From assembly GCA_964353785.1 (NCBI GenBank), contig CAYGWK010000006.1, positions 1-41,646 on the forward strand: DNA of 41,646 nt. Reading direction: 5' to 3'. The DNA is from an uncultured Gammaproteobacteria bacterium. Its GTDB lineage: Bacteria; Patescibacteriota; Microgenomatia; CAYGWK01. Both the position numbers and the translations under genes were made by a program. This document shows positions 22,553 through 31,200 of the stretch, piece by piece; position 1 is the first letter of the stretch; each line of letters opens with the position of its first letter. A model generated the notes under the pieces. That model saw nothing but the letters and a program-made list of their open reading frames with translations, was not told the origin of the DNA and ran no database searches.

Positions 22553-23953
22553 ATGCATCTCTATCAATTAACTTTAAGAGAAGCCCAGGAGGGATTACAG
22601 AAGGGAAAATTTTCCAGCCTTGAACTGGTGAGGTCTTGTCTTGAGAGGATTAAGAAATTTGATTCCAAAATCCACGCTTTTATCACCGTTTGTGAAAAAG
22701 AAGCGCTGGAACAGGCAAGACAAGCAGATAAAGCGCTGGACCATCAACCATTACTGGGAATCCCCATTGCTATCAAGGATATTTTCTGCACCAAGGGAAT
22801 AAGGACAACTGCTGGTTCTTGTGTTTTGGAAAATTATATTCCAGCATATGATTCAACCGTGGTTGGGAAACTTAAACAAGCAGGAGCAATAATCTTGGGC
22901 AAAACCAATATGGACGCCTGGGCTCACGGCTCCTCTGGTGAAAACTCTGATTTTTTCCCAACCAAAAATCCCTGGAGTCTGAAACTTGTCCCTGGTGGCT
23001 CAAGCAGTGGTTCGGCAGCGGCGGTGGCCGCAGAAATGGCAATGGCGGCAACGGGTTCGGATACTGGTGGCTCAATTCGTTTACCTGCTTCATTTTGTAA
23101 TCTTGTTGGGCTCAAGCCTTCATATGGCCGGGTTTCCCGCTATGGAGTGGTTGCCATGGCTTCATCTTTAGACACCATGGGTCATCTAACAAAAGATGTG
23201 ACTGACTCGGCCATTATTTTAAATATCATTGCCGGAAAGGACTTACATGATTCAACCACTCCTGAAAAACCAGTTCCTAACTATTTAAAAAATCTCAAAA
23301 AGGGAATTAGGGGTTTGAAAATAGGAGTGCCCAAGGAATATTTTATTGAAGGAATGGATTTAAAAGTAAAAGAGAAAGTCCGAGAGGCAGTAAAAGTCTT
23401 AGAAAAATTGGGAGCAGAGATTTTGGAAATTTCTCTTCCTCATGCCAAGTATGCTTTAGCGGTTTACTATATTATTCAACCTTCTGAAGTTTCTTCTAAT
23501 TTAGCCAGATATGATGGAATAAGATATGGATTTCCCAGAGAAAAATTTGCTGACGAGGCAAGAAGAAGAATCATGCTTGGAACCTATACCCTGTCGGCCG
23601 GATACTATGAAGCTTATTATTTGAAAGCGATGCAGGTTAGAACTTTAATCAAAAAAGACTTTGATGAAGCGTTTAAAAAAGTAGATGTTTTAGTTGCTCC
23701 AGTTTCACCAAGTTTGCCTTTTAAACTTGGGGAAAAGGTTGCCGATCCCCTCAAAATGTATCTTTCAGATATCTTTACGGTAACGGCTAACTTAGCTGGA
23801 ATTCCAGGTTTGGCAATTCCGGCTGGGTTTGTTAACGGTCTTCCAGTAGGCATCCAAATTCTCGGACCACAATTTTCTGAAGAGATTTTATTTCAGGTAG
23901 GTTATGCTTATGAACAAGAAACCAAATGGTGTAAGCGAAAACCAGTATTTTAA
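22553..23953 (+). CDS. gatA: aspartyl/glutamyl-tRNA amidotransferase subunit A
   Basis: Amidase signature GGSSSGSAAAVAA...GSDTGGSIRLPASFC; 466 aa. Confidence 0.95.
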   Translation: MHLYQLTLREAQEGLQKGKFSSLELVRSCLERIKKFDSKIHAFITVCEKEALEQARQADKALDHQPLLGIPIAIKDIFCTKGIRTTAGSCVLENYIPAYDSTVVGKLKQAGAIILGKTNMDAWAHGSSGENSDFFPTKNPWSLKLVPGGSSSGSAAAVAAEMAMAATGSDTGGSIRLPASFCNLVGLKPSYGRVSRYGVVAMASSLDTMGHLTKDVTDSAIILNIIAGKDLHDSTTPEKPVPNYLKNLKKGIRGLKIGVPKEYFIEGMDLKVKEKVREAVKVLEKLGAEILEISLPHAKYALAVYYIIQPSEVSSNLARYDGIRYGFPREKFADEARRRIMLGTYTLSAGYYEAYYLKAMQVRTLIKKDFDEAFKKVDVLVAPVSPSLPFKLGEKVADPLKMYLSDIFTVTANLAGIPGLAIPAGFVNGLPVGIQILGPQFSEEILFQVGYAYEQETKWCKRKPVF

Positions 23954-23954
23954 T

Positions 23955-25193
23955 ATGAAAAGTTCGTTTTTTGAAGTTGCAAAAATAAAAAATTTCCGAA
24001 AAATTTGGGGTTCACAGATTTTGTCTCAAGGGACCCTGAATCTTATTAATTTTGTCATAATTTTGCGCATTTTTGAGGCAACTCACTCAACGGTGGCTGT
24101 TTCTTTAGTTTGGATTTTTTATGCCATCCCAGCCACACTTCTTGGGCCATTCTCAGGTACTATTGTTGACCTTTTTCAAAAGAGAAAAATTTTAATGTAC
24201 ACCACTTTTTTTGAGGCTATCATTGTTCTCTGTTATCTTTTAGTTAAACAAAAACTTTGGCCAATTTACTCGGTTATTTTTCTTTACTCTTTGGTTAATC
24301 AACTCTACATTCCGGCTGAAGCTTCAACCATGCCTTGGGTTGTTTCCAAGAATCTTCTTCCAGTGGCAAACTCACTTTTTCTTTTTACAATTTATGGTGC
24401 TTTTTTGGTTGGCTTTGGTTTGGCTGGACCATTGGTGAGAATAGTCGGCCATGAAGTTCCATTTATCCTTGGATTTGTTTTTTTAATGACTGCTTCTCTT
24501 TTTGTTTCCGGTTTGCCAAAGGAAGAGAAAAAAGGAAAAATTAGTGATGTTCAAGATTTCTTAATAAGGGTGAAAGAAGGTTATCTTTTTATTAAGGGAG
24601 AGCCCTCGATTCTCTTTCCTTTACTCCTGCTTGTTTTTTCTCAAGTAGTGGTGGGAATTATTGCGGTTCTGTCTCCTTCTTTAGCTACAGAGATCCTTTC
24701 GATTGACCTTTTGGATGCCGGACCAACCTTGATTTTACCAGCTGGTTTTGGGGCCATAATTGGAGCGCTGGGGGTAACTTCACTCCTGAGAAGAAAAATT
24801 CGCAAGAAAAAAATTATTTCATTTGGATTTTTCCTCTCTGCTGTTTCGCTTCTTTCTATAGCCACAGTTGTGCCATTGTTGGGTAGCCTTCGCGCTCTGG
24901 TAGCATTGGGAATTGCCTTTTTGCTTGGAATAGGCTTTGTTTCCATAATTATTCCGGTTCAGACTCTTCTTCAGGAAAAAACCCCAGAGGATAAAAGAGG
25001 TCGAGTTTTTGGGGTTTTGGGGTTTGCTATAACCCTAACCTCGATTTTGCCCGTTCTTTTGACAGCGACTATTGCCGAAATTTTAGGAACCAATTTTATG
25101 ATAGGAATAATTTCTCTCCTTGTTGGAGTTTTAGGGGTTTACTCTTTAAGGGAGCCATATGAGGTATACGTTCAGTCCGATAATAGGACTTGA
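23955..25193 (+). CDS. MFS transporter
   Basis: About 12 TM helices; N-terminus NFRKIWGSQILSQ is typical of MFS_3/enterobactin-exporter-like proteins. ATG 23955 (1 nt after the gatA stop) is preferred over the 23904 model, which overlaps gatA. Confidence 0.8.
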   Translation: MKSSFFEVAKIKNFRKIWGSQILSQGTLNLINFVIILRIFEATHSTVAVSLVWIFYAIPATLLGPFSGTIVDLFQKRKILMYTTFFEAIIVLCYLLVKQKLWPIYSVIFLYSLVNQLYIPAEASTMPWVVSKNLLPVANSLFLFTIYGAFLVGFGLAGPLVRIVGHEVPFILGFVFLMTASLFVSGLPKEEKKGKISDVQDFLIRVKEGYLFIKGEPSILFPLLLLVFSQVVVGIIAVLSPSLATEILSIDLLDAGPTLILPAGFGAIIGALGVTSLLRRKIRKKKIISFGFFLSAVSLLSIATVVPLLGSLRALVALGIAFLLGIGFVSIIIPVQTLLQEKTPEDKRGRVFGVLGFAITLTSILPVLLTATIAEILGTNFMIGIISLLVGVLGVYSLREPYEVYVQSDNRT

Positions 25194-26490
25194 GGTCCAT
25201 ATTGAACTTGAAACCGAAAGCAAGATGTTTTGTTCATGCATCGCTTCCCATTTTGGCAAAAAGCCAAATACCCAAGTCTGTCCAGTTTGTTTGGGTTTGC
25301 CTGGGGCTCTGCCAGCACCGAATAAGAAGGCAATTGAATGGACAGCTCTTTTGGGGGTGGCTTTAGATTGCCAAATTTTGCCGGCATCTAAATTCGACCG
25401 GAAGAATTATTTCTATCCAGATTTGCCTAAAGGCTATCAGATAAGCCAATATGAGATGCCGCTGACACGTAATGGCAAATGGCAAATGGCAAATGGCAAA
25501 TGGTTCCGAATAAGAAGGGTTCATTTGGAAGAAGATACTGGAAAATTGATTCATGAAGCAGGATCTACTCTGATAGACTTCAATAGATCTGGAGTGCCGC
25601 TTTTAGAGATTGTGACCGAACCAGACATTTCCTCGGCTTTGGAAGCCAAAGAATTCTTGGAAAAGCTTCAGCAGATTGTTCGCTACCTTGGAATTTCTCA
25701 AGCGGATATGGAAAAAGGACAGATGAGGTGCGAGCCAACAGTTAATTTAGAAATTAAAAAAGAAGGGAAAACATTTTACACCCCGCTGGTTGAAATTAAA
25801 AATATAAACTCTTTTCGTTTTGTCCAGAAGGCGATTGATTTTGAAATTAAGCGACAGATTCAAGAATTTGAAAAAACCCAAATAGAGAAAAAGCCTGGAA
25901 ACAAGACCACCCGTGGATGGAGTGAAACTTTGGGTGAGACAGTTCCCCAAAGAGTCAAAGAAGAAGCAGCTGATTACCGCTACTTTCCTGAACCTGATAT
26001 TCCTCCAATTCACTGGACTCAATCTCAAATCTCAAATCTCAAATCTCAAATCTCTGAATTACCAGATGAAAAAATTGCCAGGTTTATCAAAGAATATGGA
26101 TTATCTGAATATAATGCTCAAATACTGGCTGAAACCAGAGAAGTTGCAGATTATTTTGAAGAAGCCCTTCGACAAGCTCGGGGTAAACTGGAGTCGACTA
26201 TGATTGCCAACTGGATTGTTAATAAAAGAGTGGATATTAGCCGGACGAAGCCTAAAGACCTGGTTAATCAAATTTTAGCATTAGCAAAGAAACCAGCAAT
26301 TAAAGAAGAAGAACTGGAAGAGATTATCAAAAAAGTTTTGGAGAAAAACCCAAAAGCAGTCGTAGACTACAAAAAAGGGAAAGTTCAGTCTTTGGAGTTT
26401 TTAGTTGGGCAAGTAGTCAAGGAAGCCAAAGGTAAGGCAGATCCAAATCTTTGCCGAAAACTTCTTCTTGAAGCGTTAAACGCCTCTTGA
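25159..26490 (+). CDS. gatB: aspartyl/glutamyl-tRNA amidotransferase subunit B
   Basis: IGLEVHIELETESKMFC, CPVCLGLPGALP, RVHLEEDTGKL, RCEPTVN, YRYFPEPDIPP and a C-terminal YqeY-like tail. Contains two heptamer tracts. Confidence 0.95.
   Translation: MRYTFSPIIGLEVHIELETESKMFCSCIASHFGKKPNTQVCPVCLGLPGALPAPNKKAIEWTALLGVALDCQILPASKFDRKNYFYPDLPKGYQISQYEMPLTRNGKWQMANGKWFRIRRVHLEEDTGKLIHEAGSTLIDFNRSGVPLLEIVTEPDISSALEAKEFLEKLQQIVRYLGISQADMEKGQMRCEPTVNLEIKKEGKTFYTPLVEIKNINSFRFVQKAIDFEIKRQIQEFEKTQIEKKPGNKTTRGWSETLGETVPQRVKEEAADYRYFPEPDIPPIHWTQSQISNLKSQISELPDEKIARFIKEYGLSEYNAQILAETREVADYFEEALRQARGKLESTMIANWIVNKRVDISRTKPKDLVNQILALAKKPAIKEEELEEIIKKVLEKNPKAVVDYKKGKVQSLEFLVGQVVKEAKGKADPNLCRKLLLEALNAS
25471..25503 (+). 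repeat. tandem heptamer tract (AATGGCA) x4.7
   Basis: Counted directly. In frame in gatB (peptide NGKWQMANGKW). Confidence 0.95.
26021..26054 (+). repeat. tandem heptamer tract (AATCTCA) x4.9
   Basis: Counted directly. In frame in gatB (peptide SQISNLKSQIS). Confidence 0.95.
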
Positions 26491-26516
26491 AAAACTCCAG
26501 TGAAAAAAGATATTAT
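26487..26516 (+). promoter_or_regulatory. candidate promoter (-35 TTGAAA 26487-26492, 18-nt spacer, -10 TATTAT 26511-26516)
   Basis: Read directly. ATG 26530 is 13 nt downstream, with a G-rich stretch between them. Confidence 0.35.
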
Positions 26517-26529
26517 TTAGGGGGTAGGC

Positions 26530-27216
26530 ATGAGAAGAAAAACTTCTATTAATTCTCTTTTTCAATTTATAACCAAGTTTTCAGAAGAGCATAGAGACCA
26601 AAAAGAATACCGCCAGAGGTCAATTTATTGGCTTAGGCAAATGAAGCTAATAAGACAAAAAGAAGAGAAAAAGGAAATCACCAGAGAGGAGGCAGACTTA
26701 TTAAGAAGTAGGCTGGTTGCCGCTAAAGAATGGTTAGCCAGCCGAGATTATCTGACTGGATTATATAACAGAAAAGAACTAGACAGGCAATTTGAAAAAG
26801 CATTTTTTCACAACCAAAGAACCAAAGAACCTTTGTCTTTTCTTTTAATTGACATCGATGGTCTTAAAAAAGAAAATGATCGGTTTGGACACCAGGCTGG
26901 AGACAAAGTTTTGCAAAAGACAGCCAAAGTGATTAAGGAAAATATCAGGAAAGAAGATATGGCTGGCAGGTGGGGCGGAGATGAGTTTGGGATCATCTGT
27001 CCAAATGTGGATGCTTCAGAAGGAGAACAAGTGGCCAAAAGGATTTTAGAGGCGGTTCGCCAACATCCTTTGGGAAAAGGAAAAATAACGGTTAGTCTTG
27101 GCATTGGGGAAATAAGGAGTGAAACAGAAAAAAACCTCAAAGATTATTTTGCTGAGATTGACAAGTCTTTATATCAAGCCAAAAGGGAGGGAGGAAACAA
27201 AGTTATCAAAGTTTAA
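26530..27216 (+). CDS. diguanylate cyclase (GGDEF domain) with a coiled-coil N-terminus
   Basis: LTGLYNRKELD, LLIDIDGLKKENDRFGHQAGD, and active site RWGGDEFGI with an RKED (RxxD) I-site 5 residues upstream. Confidence 0.85.
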   Translation: MRRKTSINSLFQFITKFSEEHRDQKEYRQRSIYWLRQMKLIRQKEEKKEITREEADLLRSRLVAAKEWLASRDYLTGLYNRKELDRQFEKAFFHNQRTKEPLSFLLIDIDGLKKENDRFGHQAGDKVLQKTAKVIKENIRKEDMAGRWGGDEFGIICPNVDASEGEQVAKRILEAVRQHPLGKGKITVSLGIGEIRSETEKNLKDYFAEIDKSLYQAKREGGNKVIKV

Positions 27217-30200
27217 ATGGCTGACTTTACTCATCTTCACGTTCATTCAGAATATTCGCTTTTGGACGGACTGGCTAAAATTCCGGCTTTGGTTTCTCGG
27301 GCAAAAGAATTAGGGATGGAAGCCTTGGCTCTAACTGACCATGGGGCAATGTATGGAGTGGTTCCTTTTTATTTGGCTTGCAAAGAAGCAGGGATTAAGT
27401 CAATTATAGGCGTTGAGGCCTATATGGCCCAAAGATCGCGGTTTGACAAACAGCCAAAAATTGACGCTGACCAGTACCATTTAATTCTTCTGGCTAAATC
27501 CGATGAAGGCTATAAAAATTTAATAAAACTGGTTACCTTGGCTCACCTTGAGGGTTTTTATTATAAACCAAGAATAGATTTTGAAGTTTTGAGAGAATAT
27601 TCAAAAGATTTAATTGTTTTAACTGCTTGTCTTTCTGGAGAAATTCCCTCCCTTCTTTTAGAAGGGAAAAGAGAGCAGGCGGAGAAAAAAGCAAGGATGT
27701 TTCAAGAAGTTTTTGGAGAAGATTTTTATCTTGAACTTGAGGCCCACCGGAAAATGCCAGAACAAGATAAAGCCAACAAGGAATTAATTTCTCTCTCCCG
27801 AAAACTGGGAATTCCTCTGGTAGCCACCAACGATGTCCATTACATTTTTCCTGAAGATGCGGTTGCCCAAGACGCCCTTTTGGCTATCCAAACTCAGAAA
27901 AAAATTGCTGATAAGGATAGGTTGACGATGATAAATTCTCCAGATTTTTATCTTCGCTCGCCTGAAGAGATGAAAGAACTTTTTGGCGAGTTTCCTGATG
28001 CCCTCAAAAACACTCAAAAAATCTCGGAAAAATGCTCCCTTGAGATTGAAATGGATAAATGGATTTTACCTCCTTATCCTCTACCGGCAGGGGAGACAGC
28101 CGAAAGTTTCCTGAAAAGAATGGTTTACGAGGACGCGAAAAAACGTTTTTCAAAAATTACCAAAGAGATAAAAGAAAGAATTGATTATGAACTTGATATT
28201 ATCTGTAAAAAAGGCTTTGCCACTTACTTTTTAATTGTTGTCGATTTTGTTAATTGGGCCAAGCAACAAGGGATCAGGGTTGGACCAGGAAGAGGCTCGG
28301 TGGCCGGATCACTTGTTTCTTATGTTTTACGAATTACCTCAATTAACCCCCTAGAGCATGGTCTTCCTTTTGAACGGTTTTTAAATCCAGAACGACCAAC
28401 TCCGGCAGATATCGACCTTGATTTTGCTGATGACCGACGAGATGAGGTAATTTCCTATGTAACTCACAAGTACGGCAAAGATAAAGTTGCCCAAATTATC
28501 ACCTTTGGCACCATGGAGGCTAGGATGGCGGTTCGAGATGTGGCCAGAGTCTTAGGTTACCCGTATTCCGCTGGAGACCGAATCGCCAAAATGATTCCTT
28601 TGGGTGCTCAAGGTTTTGAAACAACAATCGCTAACTCTTTAGTTTCAAATCCAGAGCTTAAAACTGCTTATGATAATGAAGAAGAAACTAAAAAAATCTT
28701 AGACTTAGCTTCAAAACTTGAGGGGGTTGTTCGCCAAGCCTCAACTCATGCTGCCGGAGTGGTTATTGCTGATCGTGACCTTACTGACTATGTCCCCCTT
28801 CAATGGGATAGCAAAAAAGAAAAGGTTATCACTCAATATGACATGTATGCCCTAGATCTTAATATCTCAGAGCATGCCATTGGTCTTTTAAAGATGGATT
28901 TTTTGGGAATTAGAAATTTGACCATCCTTGAGAAGGGAGCGGAATTTGTTAAGGCAACCAAAGGAAAAGATATTGATATTTCTGAAATTCCTCTTGACGA
29001 TAAAAAAGTTTATGAAATGATAAGTTCGGGCGAGACAACCGGAATTTTCCAACTTGAGTCAGCCGGAATGCGGAGACTGGCCCGAAATCTTAAACCCTCA
29101 AAATTCTCTGATATTGCCGCCATGGTTGCCTTATTTCGACCCGGACCAATGGAATGGATTAATGAATTTATTGCCGGAAAAAGCAATCCTTCCTCGGTTC
29201 GCTATCCCCATCCTGATTTAAAAGCAATACTGATGGAGACTTACGGAGTACCAGTTTATCAAGAACAATGTCTTCAAATTGCTGTTTCCATCGCCGGCTA
29301 TACTTGGGGTGAGGCGGACGGTTTAAGGCGAGCCATTGGCAAAAAGAAAAAGATTTTGATGGCCAAAGAAAAAGAGAGATTTATTCAAAAAGCCCAAAGT
29401 AAGGGATATAAAAAGGATCAGGCAGAAAAAATCTTTTCTTTGATTGAAAGATTTGTCGGCTATGGTTTCAATAAAGCCCACTCAACCTCATACGCTATGA
29501 TTGCTTACCAAACTGCTTGGATGAAGGCAAATTATCCAGTTGAATTTATGGCGGCACTTCTTACGGCCGAGTCTGGAAACACCGATAAAGTGGCTTTAGG
29601 AGTTGAGGAATGCCGGAGAACGGGAATTACTGTTTTGCCACCAGATATTAATTCTTCTGGAGTTGGATTTTCGATTGAGGAAGGAATGATTCGTTTTGGA
29701 CTGTCGGCCATTAAAAATGTTGGCGAGGCAGCCATCGAGGCTATCCTTAAAGCCAGAGAGCTTGGGGGAAATTTCACCTCCCTGTCTGATTTTTGTCAAA
29801 GAGTTGATCCCCAAAAGGTCAACAAAAAAGTTTTGGAGTCTTTAATTAAAGCCGGGGCAATAGATCGCTTTGGCTCACGAGCCGCCATGCTTGCCGGTCT
29901 TGAACAAATAAGAAAAACTGGAGAGGTGGAACAGAGAGAAAAAAGTAGAGGTCAGGTAAGCCTTTTTGAAAAAAAGGAAGGTCAAAAAGAAAAAGCCGCT
30001 AAAGACGACCTTCCCCAAATAGAAGAATTTTCTCGGAGTGAACTTTTATCGCTCGAGCGAGAACTTTTAGGTTTCTATTTAACCGAACATCCTCTTTCTT
30101 CTGTTCTTTCTCTTCTTTCAAGTGAAGTTTCTCATAAAATCTATGAACTTGGAGAAGGGATGGAGACAAGCGAACGGGTGAGAATTGGAGGATTGGTTTC

Positions 30201-30648
30201 CTCACTTCGGATTGTTTTGACCAAAAATGGCAAGAATGAGATGGCTTTTGCCACTTTGGAAGATGAGACTGGAAAAATTGGGGCAGTCATCTTTCCTAAA
30301 ACATTTAACATGACTCGTTCTTGCTGGATTCGAGACCAAGTGGTTTTGGTTGATGGTCGGCTTGAGTCAAGGGAAGAGGAAGTTTCTTTAATCGTTGAAG
30401 GCGCCACCCTTCTTTCAGCGACCAAACCAAAGAAAGAAGAGAAATTTGATTTTACAATTAGAATTCCTAAAGGAGTAAGCCCTCAAGTTTTGGTAAAACT
30501 TAATAAATTACTAAAAGAAAACTCAGGTGATAAAAAGGGAATTTTAGTTTTTGAGGTAAATGGTGCTCCCCGAAAGCTGGTTTTAACTTTTGGGGTAGAT
30601 TTTACTCCCTCTTTGGAGAAAAAAATAAAAGAGTTAATTGGGTCTTGA
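27217..30648 (+). CDS. dnaE: DNA polymerase III alpha subunit
   Basis: PHP N-terminus HLHVHSEYSLLDG; palm/fingers motifs DIDLDF, GLLKMDFLGIRNLT, YGFNKAHS; OB fold near the C-terminus; 1143 aa. Confidence 0.95.
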   Translation: MADFTHLHVHSEYSLLDGLAKIPALVSRAKELGMEALALTDHGAMYGVVPFYLACKEAGIKSIIGVEAYMAQRSRFDKQPKIDADQYHLILLAKSDEGYKNLIKLVTLAHLEGFYYKPRIDFEVLREYSKDLIVLTACLSGEIPSLLLEGKREQAEKKARMFQEVFGEDFYLELEAHRKMPEQDKANKELISLSRKLGIPLVATNDVHYIFPEDAVAQDALLAIQTQKKIADKDRLTMINSPDFYLRSPEEMKELFGEFPDALKNTQKISEKCSLEIEMDKWILPPYPLPAGETAESFLKRMVYEDAKKRFSKITKEIKERIDYELDIICKKGFATYFLIVVDFVNWAKQQGIRVGPGRGSVAGSLVSYVLRITSINPLEHGLPFERFLNPERPTPADIDLDFADDRRDEVISYVTHKYGKDKVAQIITFGTMEARMAVRDVARVLGYPYSAGDRIAKMIPLGAQGFETTIANSLVSNPELKTAYDNEEETKKILDLASKLEGVVRQASTHAAGVVIADRDLTDYVPLQWDSKKEKVITQYDMYALDLNISEHAIGLLKMDFLGIRNLTILEKGAEFVKATKGKDIDISEIPLDDKKVYEMISSGETTGIFQLESAGMRRLARNLKPSKFSDIAAMVALFRPGPMEWINEFIAGKSNPSSVRYPHPDLKAILMETYGVPVYQEQCLQIAVSIAGYTWGEADGLRRAIGKKKKILMAKEKERFIQKAQSKGYKKDQAEKIFSLIERFVGYGFNKAHSTSYAMIAYQTAWMKANYPVEFMAALLTAESGNTDKVALGVEECRRTGITVLPPDINSSGVGFSIEEGMIRFGLSAIKNVGEAAIEAILKARELGGNFTSLSDFCQRVDPQKVNKKVLESLIKAGAIDRFGSRAAMLAGLEQIRKTGEVEQREKSRGQVSLFEKKEGQKEKAAKDDLPQIEEFSRSELLSLERELLGFYLTEHPLSSVLSLLSSEVSHKIYELGEGMETSERVRIGGLVSSLRIVLTKNGKNEMAFATLEDETGKIGAVIFPKTFNMTRSCWIRDQVVLVDGRLESREEEVSLIVEGATLLSATKPKKEEKFDFTIRIPKGVSPQVLVKLNKLLKENSGDKKGILVFEVNGAPRKLVLTFGVDFTPSLEKKIKELIGS

Positions 30649-30680
30649 CAACCCTTGTGAAAATATTTTAAAGTATAATC

Positions 30681-30706
30681 CCAGAGGCAAAAACTCTGGT
30701 TTTTTT
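30681..30706 (+). terminator. intrinsic terminator after dnaE (CCAGAG-gcaaaaa-CTCTGG + T7)
   Basis: Stem 30681-30686/30694-30699 followed by TTTTTTT at 30700-30706. Confidence 0.6.
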
Positions 30707-30761
30707 AGAACAATAATGAAGATAATAATATCTCCAAAGAGAGAATTAATCTTAAAAAGAA

Positions 30762-30786
30762 ACCACCGATAAGGTGGTATTTTTTT
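30762..30786 (+). terminator. second hairpin + T-run (ACCACC-gataa-GGTGGT-ATTTTTTT) immediately before ATG 30787
   Basis: Stem 30762-30767/30773-30778 followed by a T-run to 30786. Confidence 0.4.
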
Positions 30787-31152
30787 ATGAAAGGGGAAAA
30801 CGAACAATTCATAATAAGAAAGGATACAAAACCTGGAATTGAATTAATTCATTCGAGAGAAGAGACACCAGTGTGCGCTGGTTCAATAATATTTGGTAAT
30901 TCTGGAGAGTCTTTTTGTCGGTGTGGCTTGCCAGTTAAGGTAAGAGAAAAGCAAGAAAATTCTATAATTACATTGGAAACGGAGACGAGTCTTCATTTAG
31001 GACCAAATGGTGAATCTTTTTTTGGGCGGTTAAATAAAACGACAACCTTTAGAGTTGTTGGCGCGATTGAGGGGTGGATCAAAGTTGAAATGCTTGAGGG
31101 GAAGGGCCCGCCGAAAATTTTTTGGGTACCCAGACCAGTTCCCCAAGAGTAA
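30787..31152 (+). CDS. hypothetical protein, possible SH3-like C-terminal domain
   Basis: 121-aa ORF. The C-terminal TTFRVVGAIEGWIKVEM pattern resembles bacterial SH3 domains. This is a weak call. Confidence 0.5.
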   Translation: MKGENEQFIIRKDTKPGIELIHSREETPVCAGSIIFGNSGESFCRCGLPVKVREKQENSIITLETETSLHLGPNGESFFGRLNKTTTFRVVGAIEGWIKVEMLEGKGPPKIFWVPRPVPQE

Positions 31153-31166
31153 CGTAAAATTACTTC

Positions 31167-31195
31167 TTGACGATAAAGAGGAATTTTTATAAATT
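31167..31195 (+). promoter_or_regulatory. promoter of pyrG (-35 TTGACG 31167-31172, 17-nt spacer, -10 TAAATT 31190-31195)
   Basis: Read directly. ATG 31201 is only 5 nt after the -10, predicting a leaderless mRNA. Confidence 0.45.
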
Positions 31196-31200
31196 AAATT

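Noticed and set aside
23904-23954. Longer MFS start model (MLMNKKPNGVSENQYFN...) that overlaps gatA by 50 nt
   Set aside because: The extension is hydrophilic and out of character for the transporter. It lies wholly within the conserved gatA C-terminus. ATG 23955, immediately after the gatA stop, gives a typical MFS N-terminus.
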